From the NCBI RefSeq assembly GCF_002899675.1, contig NZ_PKUU01000025.1, positions 48,555-112,554 on the forward strand: a DNA stretch of 64,000 nt. The letters are read 5' to 3'. This document shows, one piece after another, positions 48,922-59,160 of this stretch. The number at the start of each line of letters is the position of its first letter. Position 1 is the first letter of the stretch. This DNA is from Clostridium sp. chh4-2 (GTDB lineage Bacteria; Bacillota; Clostridia; Lachnospirales; Lachnospiraceae). The position numbers were made by a program, and so were the translations under genes. The notes under the pieces are model-generated. The model saw only the letters and a list, made by a program, of their open reading frames with translations, was not told the DNA's origin and did not search any database.

Positions 48922-49815
48922 ATGGATTTAAAATATCTGAACACATTTAAACATATCGTGGTTTATGGAAGCTTTTCCAAGGCCGCCGAGATGTTAAACT
49001 ATACCCAGTCCACCATCACATTTCAGATGCAGCAGCTGGAACAGGAGCTGTCCGCTCAGCTCTTTGAAAAGATTGGCCGCAGAATGGTTTTGACAAAAGC
49101 GGGAGAAAGCTTGATCCCCTATGTGGATGAGGTGCTGGCTTCTGTGGACAGGATGCAGAATTTTGGAACAGCATCGGACGGACTGCGGGGAGACCTGCGG
49201 ATTGCGGTTGGAGAGTCCTTTTTGTGCTATAAGCTTCCGCCCATTTTAAAACAGTTTCACGAAGCCGCCCCCAATGCCAGGCTGTTCCTGCGTTCCACCA
49301 ACTGTTATGAGATCAGAAGGGAACTGATGGAAGGAACCATTGACCTGGGACTTTTCTATCGGGAGATCGGAGGGCTGGAACAGTCGATCCGCACCTATCC
49401 GTTCGGCGAATATTCCCTGGCCTTAGTGGCCTCCGCCGATACGAAGCGGAGATACCCGGATTTCATCACACCCGGCCAGCAGATGAATGTGCCGTTTATC
49501 ATCGATGAGCCGGACTGCATTTTCCGTCAGATGTTTGAATCCTATCTGAGAGAAAAGGAGATTGTGCTGGATCATACCATTGAACTGTGGAGCATTCCCA
49601 CCATAAAAAATCTGGTAAAAAATGATATGGGCGTGTCCTACCTGCCGGAATTTACGGTGAAAGAGGAGTTGGAGAACGGGGAACTGGAAGAGATACAGAC
49701 GGAGCTGAAACACAGGACGATCACCGGAGTATGCGGTCATCATAAGAATAAATGGATCAGTCCGCTCATGGAACTGTTCATCAGTCTGCTGACCGATAAC
49801 ATGTCTGAAAGCTGA
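48922..49815 (+). CDS. LysR-family transcriptional regulator (divergent partner of the LysE exporter)
   Basis: N-terminal wHTH ...FSKAAEMLNYTQSTITFQMQQLE. Confidence 0.8.
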   Translation: MDLKYLNTFKHIVVYGSFSKAAEMLNYTQSTITFQMQQLEQELSAQLFEKIGRRMVLTKAGESLIPYVDEVLASVDRMQNFGTASDGLRGDLRIAVGESFLCYKLPPILKQFHEAAPNARLFLRSTNCYEIRRELMEGTIDLGLFYREIGGLEQSIRTYPFGEYSLALVASADTKRRYPDFITPGQQMNVPFIIDEPDCIFRQMFESYLREKEIVLDHTIELWSIPTIKNLVKNDMGVSYLPEFTVKEELENGELEEIQTELKHRTITGVCGHHKNKWISPLMELFISLLTDNMSES

Positions 49816-49930
49816 TCCGATCACTTGAAAGGCCCGCTTTACGGCCAACGTTACTGTTCACGGCCAACTGTGAAATCTCTGTGAAAACGTAGAAAACTGT
49901 TTTTTTATCTGCTACAATATTAGAAAGTAT

Positions 49931-50064
49931 GTAACTGTTCAGTAGGTCTGCGCATTTACTGCGCTGACCGTAATAAAATGCGGGAAAGCAGGCAAAAATC
50001 CCATCGCCGCAGGCGATTTTGCATGGATTTTTGCTCGTAATTGTGAGGGTACTGAACAATTACG
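49931..50064. repeat. MITE-like unit bounded by inverted GTAAYTGTTCAGTA termini; carries one of the window's three GTAACTGTTCAG(C/T)AGGTCTGCGCATTTAC repeats
   Basis: Left end gtaactgttcagtaggtctgcgcatttac (49931-49959); right end ggtactgaacaattac (50048-50063; reverse complement gtaattgttcagtacc). Internal hairpin gcaaaaatcc...ggatttttgc. Confidence 0.5.
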
Positions 50065-50096
50065 AAAGAATTAGATAGTAATGTTAGGAGGGCAAT

Positions 50097-50774
50097 ATGG
50101 ATCAGTTGAAGGTATTGGTTGTGGACGATGAATCGAGAATGCGGAAGCTGGTAAAAGATTTTCTTACAGTAAAAGGATTTCAGGTGATAGAAGCCTCTGA
50201 CGGAGAGGAAGCGGTGGACGTTTTCTTTGATCAGAAAGATATCGCCTTAATTATATTAGACGTGATGATGCCCAAGATGGACGGATGGGAGGTTTGCAAG
50301 ACCATCCGCAAATATTCCCAAGTGCCGATCATCATGCTGACGGCCAGAGGAGAAGAGCGGGATGAGCTTCAAGGCTTCGATCTGGGAGTGGACGAATATA
50401 TCTCAAAACCGTTCAGCCCCAAGATTCTGGTTGCCAGAGTGGAAGCGATTTTAAGGCGGAGCAGCTCCAGTTTAAGCGATGCGGTGGATATCGGAGGAAT
50501 CCGTGTGGATAAGGCGGCTCATCAGGTGACCATAGACGGTAAAGAAATCGAACTGAGCTATAAAGAATTTGAACTTCTGTGCTATTTCATCGAAAATCAG
50601 GGCATCGCTTTATCCAGGGAAAAGATACTGAATAATGTGTGGAATTACGATTATTTCGGAGATGCCAGAACCATCGATACCCATGTGAAGAAATTGAGAA
50701 GCAAGATGGGTGAGAAGGGAGATTACATCAAAACCGTATGGGGCATGGGGTATAAATTCGAGGTGAGTGAATGA
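50097..50774 (+). CDS. OmpR-family response regulator
   Basis: REC domain (VLVVDDE..., D54-like ILDVMMP) plus winged-helix trans_reg_C. Confidence 0.9.
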   Translation: MDQLKVLVVDDESRMRKLVKDFLTVKGFQVIEASDGEEAVDVFFDQKDIALIILDVMMPKMDGWEVCKTIRKYSQVPIIMLTARGEERDELQGFDLGVDEYISKPFSPKILVARVEAILRRSSSSLSDAVDIGGIRVDKAAHQVTIDGKEIELSYKEFELLCYFIENQGIALSREKILNNVWNYDYFGDARTIDTHVKKLRSKMGEKGDYIKTVWGMGYKFEVSE

Positions 50775-52309
50775 AACAATCCATTAGAACCAGATTTACC
50801 CTGATTTTTGTAGGGCTGTCCGCATTATCTCTGGTGGCGATCTGGTGTGTGAATAACCTGTGTCTGGAAAGCTTTTATATGATGGATAAGCTCCGGGTTC
50901 TGGAGCGGGTCTATGAAAGATTTGACCAGCTGGTTCTGGACAAGGCCGGAGATGGAAAAACCTTGATTCAAGACTTTGAAGAAAGCGAAAATTCAAATAA
51001 AGAAACGTTGGGAGATGTGGCATTTCTGCTCAGAATGGTGGCGGAGCAATACAACATTTCCATCGTGGTTTCCGACAGCGTGACGGGAGAGACGATTCTG
51101 CCTTCTGCAAGAGAGGGAGCTTTTCTGGCCGATAAAGCCCAGCGGTACATTCTGGGATATGATTTGCCAAAGACCGAGGTGCTGCGAAGGGCGGAGAATT
51201 TTACGATTCAGAAGGCATATGACAGCAGGTCGAAAGCATTTTACCTGGAGAGCTGGGGGTATTTTTCCGACAACAGGACAACTTTTATCATGTCCACTCC
51301 CTTAGCCAGCATCAGGGAGAGCGTGGCCGTTTCCAACCGCTTTTTGGCCTATGTGGGATCGCTTGCCATGATTTTAAGCTGTATCGTCGTCTATCTGACC
51401 ACCAGAAAAGTGACCTCTCCGATTCTCAAGCTGGCTTCCCTTTCGGAAAAAATGTCCAATCTGGATTTTGAGGCCAAATATGAGGGCAATGCCCAGGATG
51501 AGATCGGGGTGCTGGGAACCAGCATGAACCGGCTGTCCGATAAACTGAAGGACACCATCGGTGAATTGAAATCCGCCAACTTAGAGCTGCAAAAGGACAT
51601 TGAGGAGAAGATTCAGATCGATGAGATGCGCAAAGAGTTCATTGCTAATGTGTCCCATGAACTGAAAACCCCCATCGCGCTGATCCAGGGATATGCGGAA
51701 GGCCTGACGGAAGGCATGTGTGAAGATAAAGAAAGCCGCGACTACTACTGTGAAGTGATCATGGACGAGGCCAATAAGATGAACAAGATGGTCCGCCAGC
51801 TGCTGACCTTAACAGCTCTGGAGTTTGGTAATGATACGGCGGTGATGGAACGGTTCGATTTGACGGAACTGATCCGGGGCGTGCTTTCCTCCGCCGGAAT
51901 CCTGATTCAGAATAAGCAGGCCGCAGTGGAGTTTCAGGCGGATGAGCCGGTTTATGTGTGGGCCGACGAGTTTAAGATCGAAGAAGTGGTCACCAATTAT
52001 TTAAACAATGCGCTGAACCATCTGGATGGGGAGAAGAAGATCACCATCAGGATGGAAGAGAATAACGGAGAGGTCCGCGTTTCCGTCCGCAATACGGGAC
52101 AACCCATACCGGAAGCGGATTTGCCTAATATCTGGACAAAGTTTTATAAAGTGGATAAGGCCAGAACGAGGGAATACGGCGGAAGCGGGATCGGTCTGTC
52201 CATCGTAAAAGCCATAATGGATTCCCATCACAAAGAGTGCGGTGTCCGCAATATGGAAGACGGAGTGGAGTTCTGGTTCACTTTGGATACGAGTAATGAT
52301 ATGTGTTAA
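50771..52309 (+). CDS. Sensor histidine kinase (2 TM, HAMP, HisKA, HATPase_c)
   Basis: H-box VSHELKTPIA; N, G1 and G2 boxes (...GGSGIGLSIVK). Confidence 0.85.
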   Translation: MKQSIRTRFTLIFVGLSALSLVAIWCVNNLCLESFYMMDKLRVLERVYERFDQLVLDKAGDGKTLIQDFEESENSNKETLGDVAFLLRMVAEQYNISIVVSDSVTGETILPSAREGAFLADKAQRYILGYDLPKTEVLRRAENFTIQKAYDSRSKAFYLESWGYFSDNRTTFIMSTPLASIRESVAVSNRFLAYVGSLAMILSCIVVYLTTRKVTSPILKLASLSEKMSNLDFEAKYEGNAQDEIGVLGTSMNRLSDKLKDTIGELKSANLELQKDIEEKIQIDEMRKEFIANVSHELKTPIALIQGYAEGLTEGMCEDKESRDYYCEVIMDEANKMNKMVRQLLTLTALEFGNDTAVMERFDLTELIRGVLSSAGILIQNKQAAVEFQADEPVYVWADEFKIEEVVTNYLNNALNHLDGEKKITIRMEENNGEVRVSVRNTGQPIPEADLPNIWTKFYKVDKARTREYGGSGIGLSIVKAIMDSHHKECGVRNMEDGVEFWFTLDTSNDMC

Positions 52310-52334
52310 ACAGTAAGAAAGAAATAAATAAGAG

Positions 52335-52420
52335 AAAATCCCCTGGCGGGAACGATCAGATGTGAGGCAGAACCGAATAGCCTTCTGAACCTGATCATTC
52401 CCGCCGGGGGATTTTTTCTT
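52335..52420. terminator. Bidirectional terminator (25-bp stem) between the histidine kinase (+) and the AraC regulator (-)
   Basis: aaaatcccctggcgggaacgatcag / ctgatcattcccgccgggggatttt followed by a T-run. Confidence 0.75.
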
Positions 52421-52438
52421 TTGCGCATACAACCTGAA

Positions 52439-53275
52439 TCAAGATTTCGCCGCGCCGTTTTTCCTGTATTCACTTGGAGAGACATGAGTCAGCTTTTTAA
52501 ATACTTTTGAAAAGTATAAAGGATCGTCGTAACCAACCGAATAGGCGATCAGACTGATCGGGCTGGTGGGAAGATCGCGGATCATCTTGCAGGCTTCACG
52601 GATGCGCAGCTGCGTCAGATATTTGATGGGAGGAAGGGAAAATGCCTCCATAAACAGGCGGTACAGATGATTGCTGCTCACTTCCGCATATTCGGCCACA
52701 TCCTCGATAGTCATCCGTGAATTGCTGAAACAATTGTCAAAATAAGCGACCGCCCGGTCTAAATGGATATTTCTCACAGCCTGAGGCTGTTCCTTTTTTG
52801 AATATTTGATTAATAGCGCAAACAGGTTGTTCAGATGTCCCAGCATGGAAAAATAATCGACCATGGACATGCCATAGCAGTTAGCCAGGGAGATGATCGC
52901 ATCGGGAACATTGGGATCTTCTATGTGCATTATATGATTCTTCTTGGAAAAATCCGTGTATTTTAATATCCCCGGTATATCCAGGCCGCTGAACCCCACC
53001 CAGCAGTATTTCCAGGGATTTTTGATATCGGCTCCGTAATAGATCACTTCATTGGGATATCCCAGAAACAGATCGCCGGCCTTCAGCTGATACTGGTTCT
53101 TACTCACATGGTACCAGCCGGTGCCGGAAATGACATAGTGCATCAGGTAATAGGTACGGATTCCCGGCCCCCAGATATGATTCGGTTCCGTTTGGGAAAT
53201 CCCTCCGGTATTGATAACGATCCCGTTCATGTTGGCATGAGGGAAATTAAAAAATTTTTTAAACGGTTCCTCCAT
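52439..53275 (-). CDS. AraC-family regulator with N-terminal cupin sugar-binding domain
   Basis: C-terminal AraC HTH (DVAEYAEVSSNHLYRLF...GYDDPLYFSKVFKK); aaaggag RBS before ATG at 53275. Confidence 0.8.
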   Translation of the reverse strand: MEEPFKKFFNFPHANMNGIVINTGGISQTEPNHIWGPGIRTYYLMHYVISGTGWYHVSKNQYQLKAGDLFLGYPNEVIYYGADIKNPWKYCWVGFSGLDIPGILKYTDFSKKNHIMHIEDPNVPDAIISLANCYGMSMVDYFSMLGHLNNLFALLIKYSKKEQPQAVRNIHLDRAVAYFDNCFSNSRMTIEDVAEYAEVSSNHLYRLFMEAFSLPPIKYLTQLRIREACKMIRDLPTSPISLIAYSVGYDDPLYFSKVFKKLTHVSPSEYRKNGAAKS

Positions 53276-53530
53276 GGAAAACTCCTTTCTAAAGCAGGTC
53301 TTAAACAAAATCTATCACAATCTCTGGTGAAATGCAAGAAAATTCCATATAATGAAAGTTTAATATATTGCGGAAGCAAGCGAAAAAATCTAAGATATAT
53401 TATATAAAATACATAAAAAAAGAGATAAAAACCGACAAAAAAAGTAAAAATAGATAAAAATATATTGGATCAGCCTGCAATTAAATCAGATGCAGTGTAT
53501 TTTTTTATGCAAAAAAAGGAGGAAATGTAC

Positions 53531-54403
53531 ATGAAGAAACAACCTTTCTGGCGAAATATCAAAGTGGTGCCCTATCTTTACATCATGCCGAACATGATAT
53601 TGTTTTTAGTTTTCATGATCATCCCCATCTTCATGAATTTTTACTACAGCCTTACGAAATGGAAGGGGATCGGAAAGCCTCAGTTCATTGGATTTGAAAA
53701 TTATACCTGGCTGTTTTCCAACGATGTATTTTGGAAATCCGTCTGGAACACTGTCTATTACGCGGTGGCAACAGTTCCTTTAGTCATGGTTCTGGCCTTG
53801 TTTTTGGCAATACTGCTCAACACACAGCTTCCCTTTAAAGGAGTATTCCGCTCGGCGATCTATGTGCCGGCCGTCGTATCCACCGTTGTGGTCGGCGTAG
53901 TCTTTATGTGGCTGTTTCAGGATCAGCTGGGCCTTATCAACTATCTGCTGAACCTGATGGGCTTTCAGTCGATTAAATGGGGAAACGATCCCAAATTCGC
54001 CATGATCATGATTATCGTCGGCACCATCTGGCAGAGAACCGGATACAACATGGTGATCTATCTGGCAGGGCTTCAGGGAATCTCCCAGGACTATTTCGAA
54101 GCCGCCACGGTGGACGGGGCAAATTCCTGGCAGAAGTTCCGGTACATCACCTTTCCGCTTCTGAAAACCACCCATGTATTTGTGCTGGTAACCTGCATAA
54201 TACACAGCTTCCGTTCCTTTGACCTGGTGTACACCATGACGCAGGGCGGACCTCTTAATTCCACGAAAACCCTTGTCATGTACATATACGAGATGGGCTT
54301 CACCAAGAACTATTATGGACGGGCCGCAGCCGCGGGCATGGTTTTATTCGGAGCTATGTTTGTGCTGACCGCAATTCGTTTAATGAACAATAAAGAATCA
54401 TAA
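53531..54403 (+). CDS. ABC sugar transporter permease (MalF-type)
   Basis: EAATVDGANSWQKFRYITFPLL EAA loop; ggagg RBS. Confidence 0.8.
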   Translation: MKKQPFWRNIKVVPYLYIMPNMILFLVFMIIPIFMNFYYSLTKWKGIGKPQFIGFENYTWLFSNDVFWKSVWNTVYYAVATVPLVMVLALFLAILLNTQLPFKGVFRSAIYVPAVVSTVVVGVVFMWLFQDQLGLINYLLNLMGFQSIKWGNDPKFAMIMIIVGTIWQRTGYNMVIYLAGLQGISQDYFEAATVDGANSWQKFRYITFPLLKTTHVFVLVTCIIHSFRSFDLVYTMTQGGPLNSTKTLVMYIYEMGFTKNYYGRAAAAGMVLFGAMFVLTAIRLMNNKES

Positions 54404-54465
54404 GAGGCTGACCGGATATTTGGACCGCCGTATTCAGCGGCGAAATGCTTCGGAAAGGAAAAGAA

Positions 54466-55293
54466 ATGAAGAGAAAAGCAATACTGATCAAGATCGTCAT
54501 TTTTCTGTTTGTGCTGGGCGTGACAATTATCACCTTATTCCCTTTTTACTGGATGTTCATCACAGCCGTAAAACCTTTGAACGAGGTATTTGCCTTCCCG
54601 CCTAAATTATGGCCTTCCGAGTTTGTATTCAGCAATTTTGCAAAATCACTGAAGGTGGCGGATTTCAATACTTATTTCAAAAACAGTTTTATTGTCACAA
54701 CGCTGGCAACTTTAATCACAATCGGAATCAACCTTTTGGCCGGCTTTGCATTTGCAAAATATGAATTTAAGGGGAAGAATTTCTGCTTTTTAATCGTGCT
54801 GAGCACTCTGATGATTCCCTTACAGGTCACCATGATCCCCAACTTCATCATAGCGTCCAAAATCGGGATCAGAGATACCTATATCGGCCTGTTTTTACCT
54901 CCATGCGCAGAGGCCTTCGGGCTTTTCATGTCAAGACAGTTTATGGAAGAGATTCCCAATGAACTTTTAGAGGCAGGCAGAATCGACGGCGCCACCGAAT
55001 TCGGAATCTTTTCCAGGATCGTGGTTCCAAACGTAAAACCATTAATCAGCGTGCTGGCAATTTTTACCGTGATGTGGCGGTGGAATGACCTTCAATGGCC
55101 GCTTATTATGGTTTCCAGTTCCAAATTATACACCGTTCAGCTGGGCTTAGCCTTCCTAAACGGTTCCCAGCATGTAAACTGGAACGATATGATGAGCGCA
55201 TCCCTGATCTCCATCTGCCCTGTGGTAATTATATTCCTGCTTTTCCAGAAACAATTTGTGCAGGGAATGGCATCCAGCGGTATCAAAGGTTAA
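54466..55293 (+). CDS. ABC sugar transporter permease (MalG-type)
   Basis: LEAGRIDGATEFGIFSRIVVP EAA loop. Confidence 0.8.
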   Translation: MKRKAILIKIVIFLFVLGVTIITLFPFYWMFITAVKPLNEVFAFPPKLWPSEFVFSNFAKSLKVADFNTYFKNSFIVTTLATLITIGINLLAGFAFAKYEFKGKNFCFLIVLSTLMIPLQVTMIPNFIIASKIGIRDTYIGLFLPPCAEAFGLFMSRQFMEEIPNELLEAGRIDGATEFGIFSRIVVPNVKPLISVLAIFTVMWRWNDLQWPLIMVSSSKLYTVQLGLAFLNGSQHVNWNDMMSASLISICPVVIIFLLFQKQFVQGMASSGIKG

Positions 55294-55329
55294 ATGAAAT
55301 AATAAAAGAAAGTAGAGGAGGAAATAACA

Positions 55330-56738
55330 TGAAAAAAAGAGGAAAAAAACTGACTGCACTGATGATGGGTCTGTTCATGGCCATGTCCTTGGCCGCATGC
55401 GGATCATCCGGCCAGGAAGCAGGAACAAAGGCGCCCGAACAGCAGACCACCAAGGCTGAGGCAGGCCAGACAGAAGCCCCTCAGACCGGCGCAGCCCAAA
55501 CCGAAGCGGGCCAAAGCGGAGAACTCACCGCAGAAGAAGGGGCGGAAATCGAAGTCGCATATTGGGAGGGCTCGGAATCCGATAAAGCGGCATGGGATTG
55601 GGCGCTGGAAAATCTTCAGAAAGACCATCCTGAGATTAAGATCACGGCCCAGACCTATCCGTCTTCCAAATACCGCGACATGCTGGATACCAGAGTTGCG
55701 GGAAATGACTGGCCGGACGTAATGCGGTACACCTACCAGCGCCTCGGAAAATTCAAAGAAACGGATACCATGCTGGATCTGTCCCCATACATTTCGAAAG
55801 AAAACCTGGACGATCTCGTTCCCGCCTACAAAACGGCATGTGAATATGACGGAAAATTAGTTGCAATGCCTCATCATACGGATGTAATGGCCGTTTATTA
55901 CAATAAGCGCATGTTTGAGGAATCAGGAATCAAAGTTCCACAGTCCATAGACGAATCCTGGAGCTGGGACGAGATAACCGACATTGCCAGAACCTTGAAA
56001 AAGGATCACAACCTGGATTATGCCTTTGCCGGAATCTGGGAAAAGACATCCGGATACCGCTATCTTCCATTTGTCTACATGAACGGCGGCGCCATTTTAA
56101 ATGAGGACCAGACGGAAGTTACTATGGACACACCGGAAGTATTGGAAGCGATCCAGCTTTATGAAACATGGAGAAAAGAGGACTTAATCAACAACAACGC
56201 GTTCACCGGCGAAACAGTTGCCAACCAGCTGTTCGTGGCAGAGCAGCTTGCATTTACATTTTCAGGAAGCTGGCACTGTTCTTATATGAAAGAAAATATG
56301 CCTGATCCGGAAAACTGGGGCGTTACCTATATGCCGCAGAAAAACGGTAAAACAGGATCAGATATGGGCGGCAACGGTTTATTCGCCTATGCCGGAACAA
56401 AATATCCGAAAGCAGCTGCAATTGTAATCGAATATCTCACAGACGCAGAACACATGAAAGGCTTTTGTGAAGCCGGCAATTTCATCCCCGTCAGAAAGAG
56501 CCTTATGGAAGAAGGCCTGACATTCAGCGAATTTCAGAATGAAATGAATCTTTTCCTGGAGATTGCGGGAACCGTTGATCCTAAAATGGGAGCGGATGAG
56601 ACTTCCGTGCCGTTCCAGAACCTGAATATGGCATTTTGCGAGGCCATGGACCCGATGATTGTAGACGGAAGCAAGACCGCCGAAGAAGTGGTACAAACCT
56701 GCCAGGAGACAATGACGGAAATTCTGCAGGATTATTAA
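55330..56738 (+). CDS. ABC transporter sugar-binding lipoprotein
   Basis: agaggagga RBS before ATG 55330; MKKRGKKLTALMMGLFMAMSLAACGS lipobox (the track ORF 55095.. is an out-of-context upstream extension). Confidence 0.8.
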
Positions 56739-56778
56739 TAAATGACTCAAAACTATGAGACAGGAGGCTTATAAAGCG

Positions 56779-58080
56779 ATGGCAACCAAGATTACATTTT
56801 TAGGAGCGGGCAGTTCCGTATTTGTGAGAAATGTGTTGGGGGACTGCATGCTTCACCCTGATATGGGAGACCTGGAATTTGCGTTATACGACATAGACCC
56901 GGTAAGAGACCAGGACAGCTATGCCATGCTCCAGGCGATCAACAACAAATTCAGACAAGGCAAGGTAGTTATCAAAAAGTATGTGGGCTTAACTGAACTG
57001 CCGGAAGCATTGACAGGTGCCGATTTTGTGATCAATGCGATTCAAGTGGGCGGCTACGAGCCATGCACGGTGACCGATTTTGAAATTCCGAAAAAATACG
57101 GCCTGCGCCAGACCATAGCGGATACATTAGGCGTGGGCGGCGTGTTCCGGGCATTGAGGACCATTCCGGTGATGCAGACATTTGCCGATTATATCGGAAA
57201 ATACTGCCCCAACGCCATTTTCCTGAATTATACCAATCCCATGGGAATCCTGACCGGCTATATGCTCCGGTATACGGATGTGAATCTGGTGGGATTATGC
57301 CACAGCGTACAGGTTGCCGTTCCCAAACTGATGGCAGGCGTGGGCATGGACTATGATGATACGATTCAGTGGAAAATAGCCGGAATTAACCACATGGCCT
57401 GGGTTTTAGAGATAACAAAAGGAGGAAAAGACCTTTATCCCGAGATCAAGCGCAGGTCTCTGGAACAGGGCGCCCCAGCCGAAGACCGTGTGCGCCACGA
57501 GATCATGCACAAGTTCGGCTACTATGTGACTGAATCCAGCGAACACAATGCCGAATACATGCCCTATTTCATCAAGGACAAATATCCCGAACTGATTGAC
57601 CGGTTCAACATTCCGCTGGACGAATATCCCCGCCGCTGCATCCGCCACATCGATGAATGGGCGGAAATGAGAGAAAAGCTGATCAATTCCCACGAACAGT
57701 CCAAGGAATACGCAGCATACATTATGGAATCCGTGCTTACCAACAAAGCCTTCAAATTCGGCGGAAATGTAATCAATAACGGTTTGATTTCCAACCTGCC
57801 GCCGGAAGCCTGTGTGGAAGTTCCCTGCATCTCCGATGCATCCGGCATCACCCCATGCTATGTGGGCAGACTGCCGGAACAGCTGGCCGCATTGAACCGG
57901 ACCAACTTAAATGTCCAGCTTCTCACAATCGAAGCGGCAAGGACCCTGAAAAAAGAGACCGTTTACCATGCCGTAATGCTGGACCCCCATACATCGGCCG
58001 AGCTGACTATGGATGAGATTATCAGCATGTGCGACGAGATGTTCGAAGCGCATAAAGATTGGATGCCTCAGTATAAATAA
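56779..58080 (+). CDS. Glycoside hydrolase family 4 (NAD+/Mn2+-dependent alpha-glucosidase/alpha-galactosidase)
   Basis: KITFLGAGSSVF NAD-binding start; GH4 catalytic-region conservation; 434 aa. Confidence 0.8.
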   Translation: MATKITFLGAGSSVFVRNVLGDCMLHPDMGDLEFALYDIDPVRDQDSYAMLQAINNKFRQGKVVIKKYVGLTELPEALTGADFVINAIQVGGYEPCTVTDFEIPKKYGLRQTIADTLGVGGVFRALRTIPVMQTFADYIGKYCPNAIFLNYTNPMGILTGYMLRYTDVNLVGLCHSVQVAVPKLMAGVGMDYDDTIQWKIAGINHMAWVLEITKGGKDLYPEIKRRSLEQGAPAEDRVRHEIMHKFGYYVTESSEHNAEYMPYFIKDKYPELIDRFNIPLDEYPRRCIRHIDEWAEMREKLINSHEQSKEYAAYIMESVLTNKAFKFGGNVINNGLISNLPPEACVEVPCISDASGITPCYVGRLPEQLAALNRTNLNVQLLTIEAARTLKKETVYHAVMLDPHTSAELTMDEIISMCDEMFEAHKDWMPQYK

Positions 58081-58103
58081 TGAGTTTTTACATCGAAAAT
58101 GCA

Positions 58104-58153
58104 TAAAAGAGGAACCGGCGGCAGCCCCATCGCTGCCGCCGGTTCCTCTTTCA
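58104..58153. terminator. Bidirectional terminator between the GH4 gene (+) and the WYL genes (-)
   Basis: Perfect 19-bp stem aaagaggaaccggcggcag / ctgccgccggttcctcttt. Confidence 0.8.
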
Positions 58154-58182
58154 CGCTGATCATCTCCGGCTTAATTAACTAT

Positions 58183-59160
58183 TTAGTTCCGGGAAAGCAG
58201 TCTCGCCTGCTTTCGCACCCTCATCTTAATCTGTTCCAAAAACCCTTCCGGCCCCAACACCTTTATCACCGGTCCAAAAGATAGAATCTGAATTAAAAGC
58301 TCAGTTTCCATACTCTGATTATAGTAGATGGAACAACGGTATTTTCCTGTGGCCTCCATTTTTTCAATCCGCTTTTCATAGCAGGCAAAATGCAGCATAG
58401 CCCGTTCCAGCCCATTGCGTTCCTCGGAAATCTCCAAAACCACAGGATCTTCACAATAAGATTTTTCAATATACCGGTCAATATCCACTTCATCCTTTAC
58501 GAAAAATCCCGTTTCCTTTACGGAAAACATCCGGCCGATATTTAACGTTTCCAGTCTCCAATCCCTTCCCGCCCGTTTAAACAGCGCAAAACAGCGGAAT
58601 TTATCATCCTTTGCAGAATATTCAATCCTGCAGGGCAGATAAGTCCGTTCCGACAGCTTGCCCTTGCCGGAATAATAGGCGATTTTCAGCGTCTGCTTTT
58701 CTTTAATCCCCTTTACAATCGTCTGGAAATGCCTGCGGTAAGCATCCGATCCTGTCATATCCCCGTCGGAATACTGGTCAAAATAGAGAAAATCTTCATT
58801 TCTAAACAGAGGCTCCACATCTCTGAGATAGTCCGACAGGATGCGAAGCTGGCAGTCCGTCAAAAACAGGGTGATCCTCGGGTCAAAGAGCAGGGATTTC
58901 AGCCAGGATTTTTGAAGCAGGGTCAGAGGCAGCACCTGCAGGTTATCAATTTTAGAAAGATACCCTTCGTCCGTTTTAACCAGAAGGTCCCAATCCCCGC
59001 CGGTCAAACGGGGCACAATGGAGACTGCGCTTTCTCCATACCCATAAGTATCCGCCAGCCGGTTCATCTCCTTTACGCTGACCGGTTCCAGCGCCCCCTT
59101 CTTTAAAATACGGTCCACAACCTGATAATAACAGTTATAGATTTCTGAGAACAATTCCAT
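58183..59160 (-). CDS. WYL-domain protein with C-terminal WCX domain (PafC-like partner)
   Basis: LKIAYYSGKGKLSERTYLPCRIEYSAKDDKFRCFA WYL core; ILSFGPVIKVLGPEGFLEQI WCX; ggaggagg RBS before ATG at 59160; start overlaps the stop of the upstream WYL gene. Confidence 0.6.
   Translation of the reverse strand: MELFSEIYNCYYQVVDRILKKGALEPVSVKEMNRLADTYGYGESAVSIVPRLTGGDWDLLVKTDEGYLSKIDNLQVLPLTLLQKSWLKSLLFDPRITLFLTDCQLRILSDYLRDVEPLFRNEDFLYFDQYSDGDMTGSDAYRRHFQTIVKGIKEKQTLKIAYYSGKGKLSERTYLPCRIEYSAKDDKFRCFALFKRAGRDWRLETLNIGRMFSVKETGFFVKDEVDIDRYIEKSYCEDPVVLEISEERNGLERAMLHFACYEKRIEKMEATGKYRCSIYYNQSMETELLIQILSFGPVIKVLGPEGFLEQIKMRVRKQARLLSRN

Noticed and set aside
55095-55329. 5' extension of the substrate-binding protein ORF (track start 55095), overlapping the upstream permease
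   Set aside because: A strong RBS (agaggagga) precedes ATG 55330, which starts a typical lipoprotein signal peptide. The upstream extension overlaps the permease in another frame.
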